From positions 3,616,001 to 3,680,000 of the forward strand of contig CBDHHL010000032.1 of assembly GCA_965263355.1 (NCBI GenBank): a DNA stretch of 64,000 nt, in the 5' to 3' direction. Of this stretch, positions 63,433 through 64,000 are shown one piece after another. Source of the stretch: Leptolyngbyaceae cyanobacterium. GTDB taxonomy: Bacteria; Cyanobacteriota; Cyanobacteriia; Phormidesmidales; Phormidesmidaceae. Position 1 is the stretch's first letter, and each line of letters opens with the position of its first letter. The position numbers and the translations under genes were made by a program. The notes beneath the pieces are model-generated. The model was not told where the DNA came from. It saw only the letters and a list, made by a program, of their open reading frames with translations, and ran no database searches.

Positions 63433-64000
63433 TTAAGCAATGCCTTCAATCATGGGATGGAAGAAAAAGGCTAGACCAATAATGGTGTAAGTCGCTAGTA
63501 ACAAAGTCCCTTCCAACCAATTAGAACTGCCATCACTGCTAATGGAGTTGGCAATCAAAACAGACACCGCTACTACAATCAACTGGAAATTATTAAAGTC
63601 CAGATCCATTGGTTTGCCCATTAGCCAACCAACAATTACCAGTACCGGTGCGACAAATAAAGCAATTTGCATACTGGAGCCCACGGCCACAGATAAGGAC
63701 AGGTCCATCTTATTTTTTAAGGCTACGGTTACAGCAGTAGCGTGCTCAGCTGCGTTACCAATGATGGGCAGTAGAATAACCCCGGTAAATAGCTCAGAGA
63801 GTCCAAGCTGTTGAGTGGCCACTTCTAACGATCCCACCAGCCATTCAGATTCCACTGCAACGATAAGGGTAGCTGCCAAAAGTACACCAATCCACAGTGT
63901 CAGGTTCGGCTTTTCGTGATGCTCTTCTTCTATACCTTCGTCTGACGCTGTGCCAACATCGTAGAGGTAGGTGTGGGTTTTCATCGAAAATAGCAGCGTT
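63433..64000 (-). CDS. cax: Ca2+/H+ antiporter (5'-truncated by the window edge)
   Basis: GNAAEH, AVGSSMQIALFVAP and SNWLEG motifs. Confidence 0.9.
   Translation of the reverse strand, partial: TLLFSMKTHTYLYDVGTASDEGIEEEHHEKPNLTLWIGVLLAATLIVAVESEWLVGSLEVATQQLGLSELFTGVILLPIIGNAAEHATAVTVALKNKMDLSLSVAVGSSMQIALFVAPVLVIVGWLMGKPMDLDFNNFQLIVVAVSVLIANSISSDGSSNWLEGTLLLATYTIIGLAFFFHPMIEGIA

Overview
A core-genome region of a cyanobacterium, shown by HIP1 enrichment and by apcD, psbD, petBD, rpaA and chlP. The gene set is consistent with a filamentous Leptolyngbya-like strain, but that placement is inference. The window holds about 50 mostly housekeeping CDSs (dapF, hfq, ComFB/CdgR-like, lpxD, rlmD, purL/purF, porin, ligA, truB, ctpA, eda, ftsH, cax) and one tRNA-Asn(GTT). 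I found no transposase, integrase, prophage, CRISPR array or recognisable defence island. The most interesting signals are non-coding or below the ORF-track cutoff: (1) a two-hairpin sRNA candidate behind a perfect CRP box at ~19.3 kb; (2) a ~260-nt structured transcript with a 24-codon ORF and a strong SD downstream of psbD; (3) a family of seven ~73-bp dispersed repeats with terminal inverted repeats, three of which supply gene stop codons; (4) a 132-bp MITE with an 8-bp target-site duplication; (5) HIP1 extended to TGCGATCGCA; (6) a 118-bp tandem duplication frameshifting pterin dehydratase; (7) two probable pseudo-enzymes. All calls come from reading the sequence by eye and no database searches were run.
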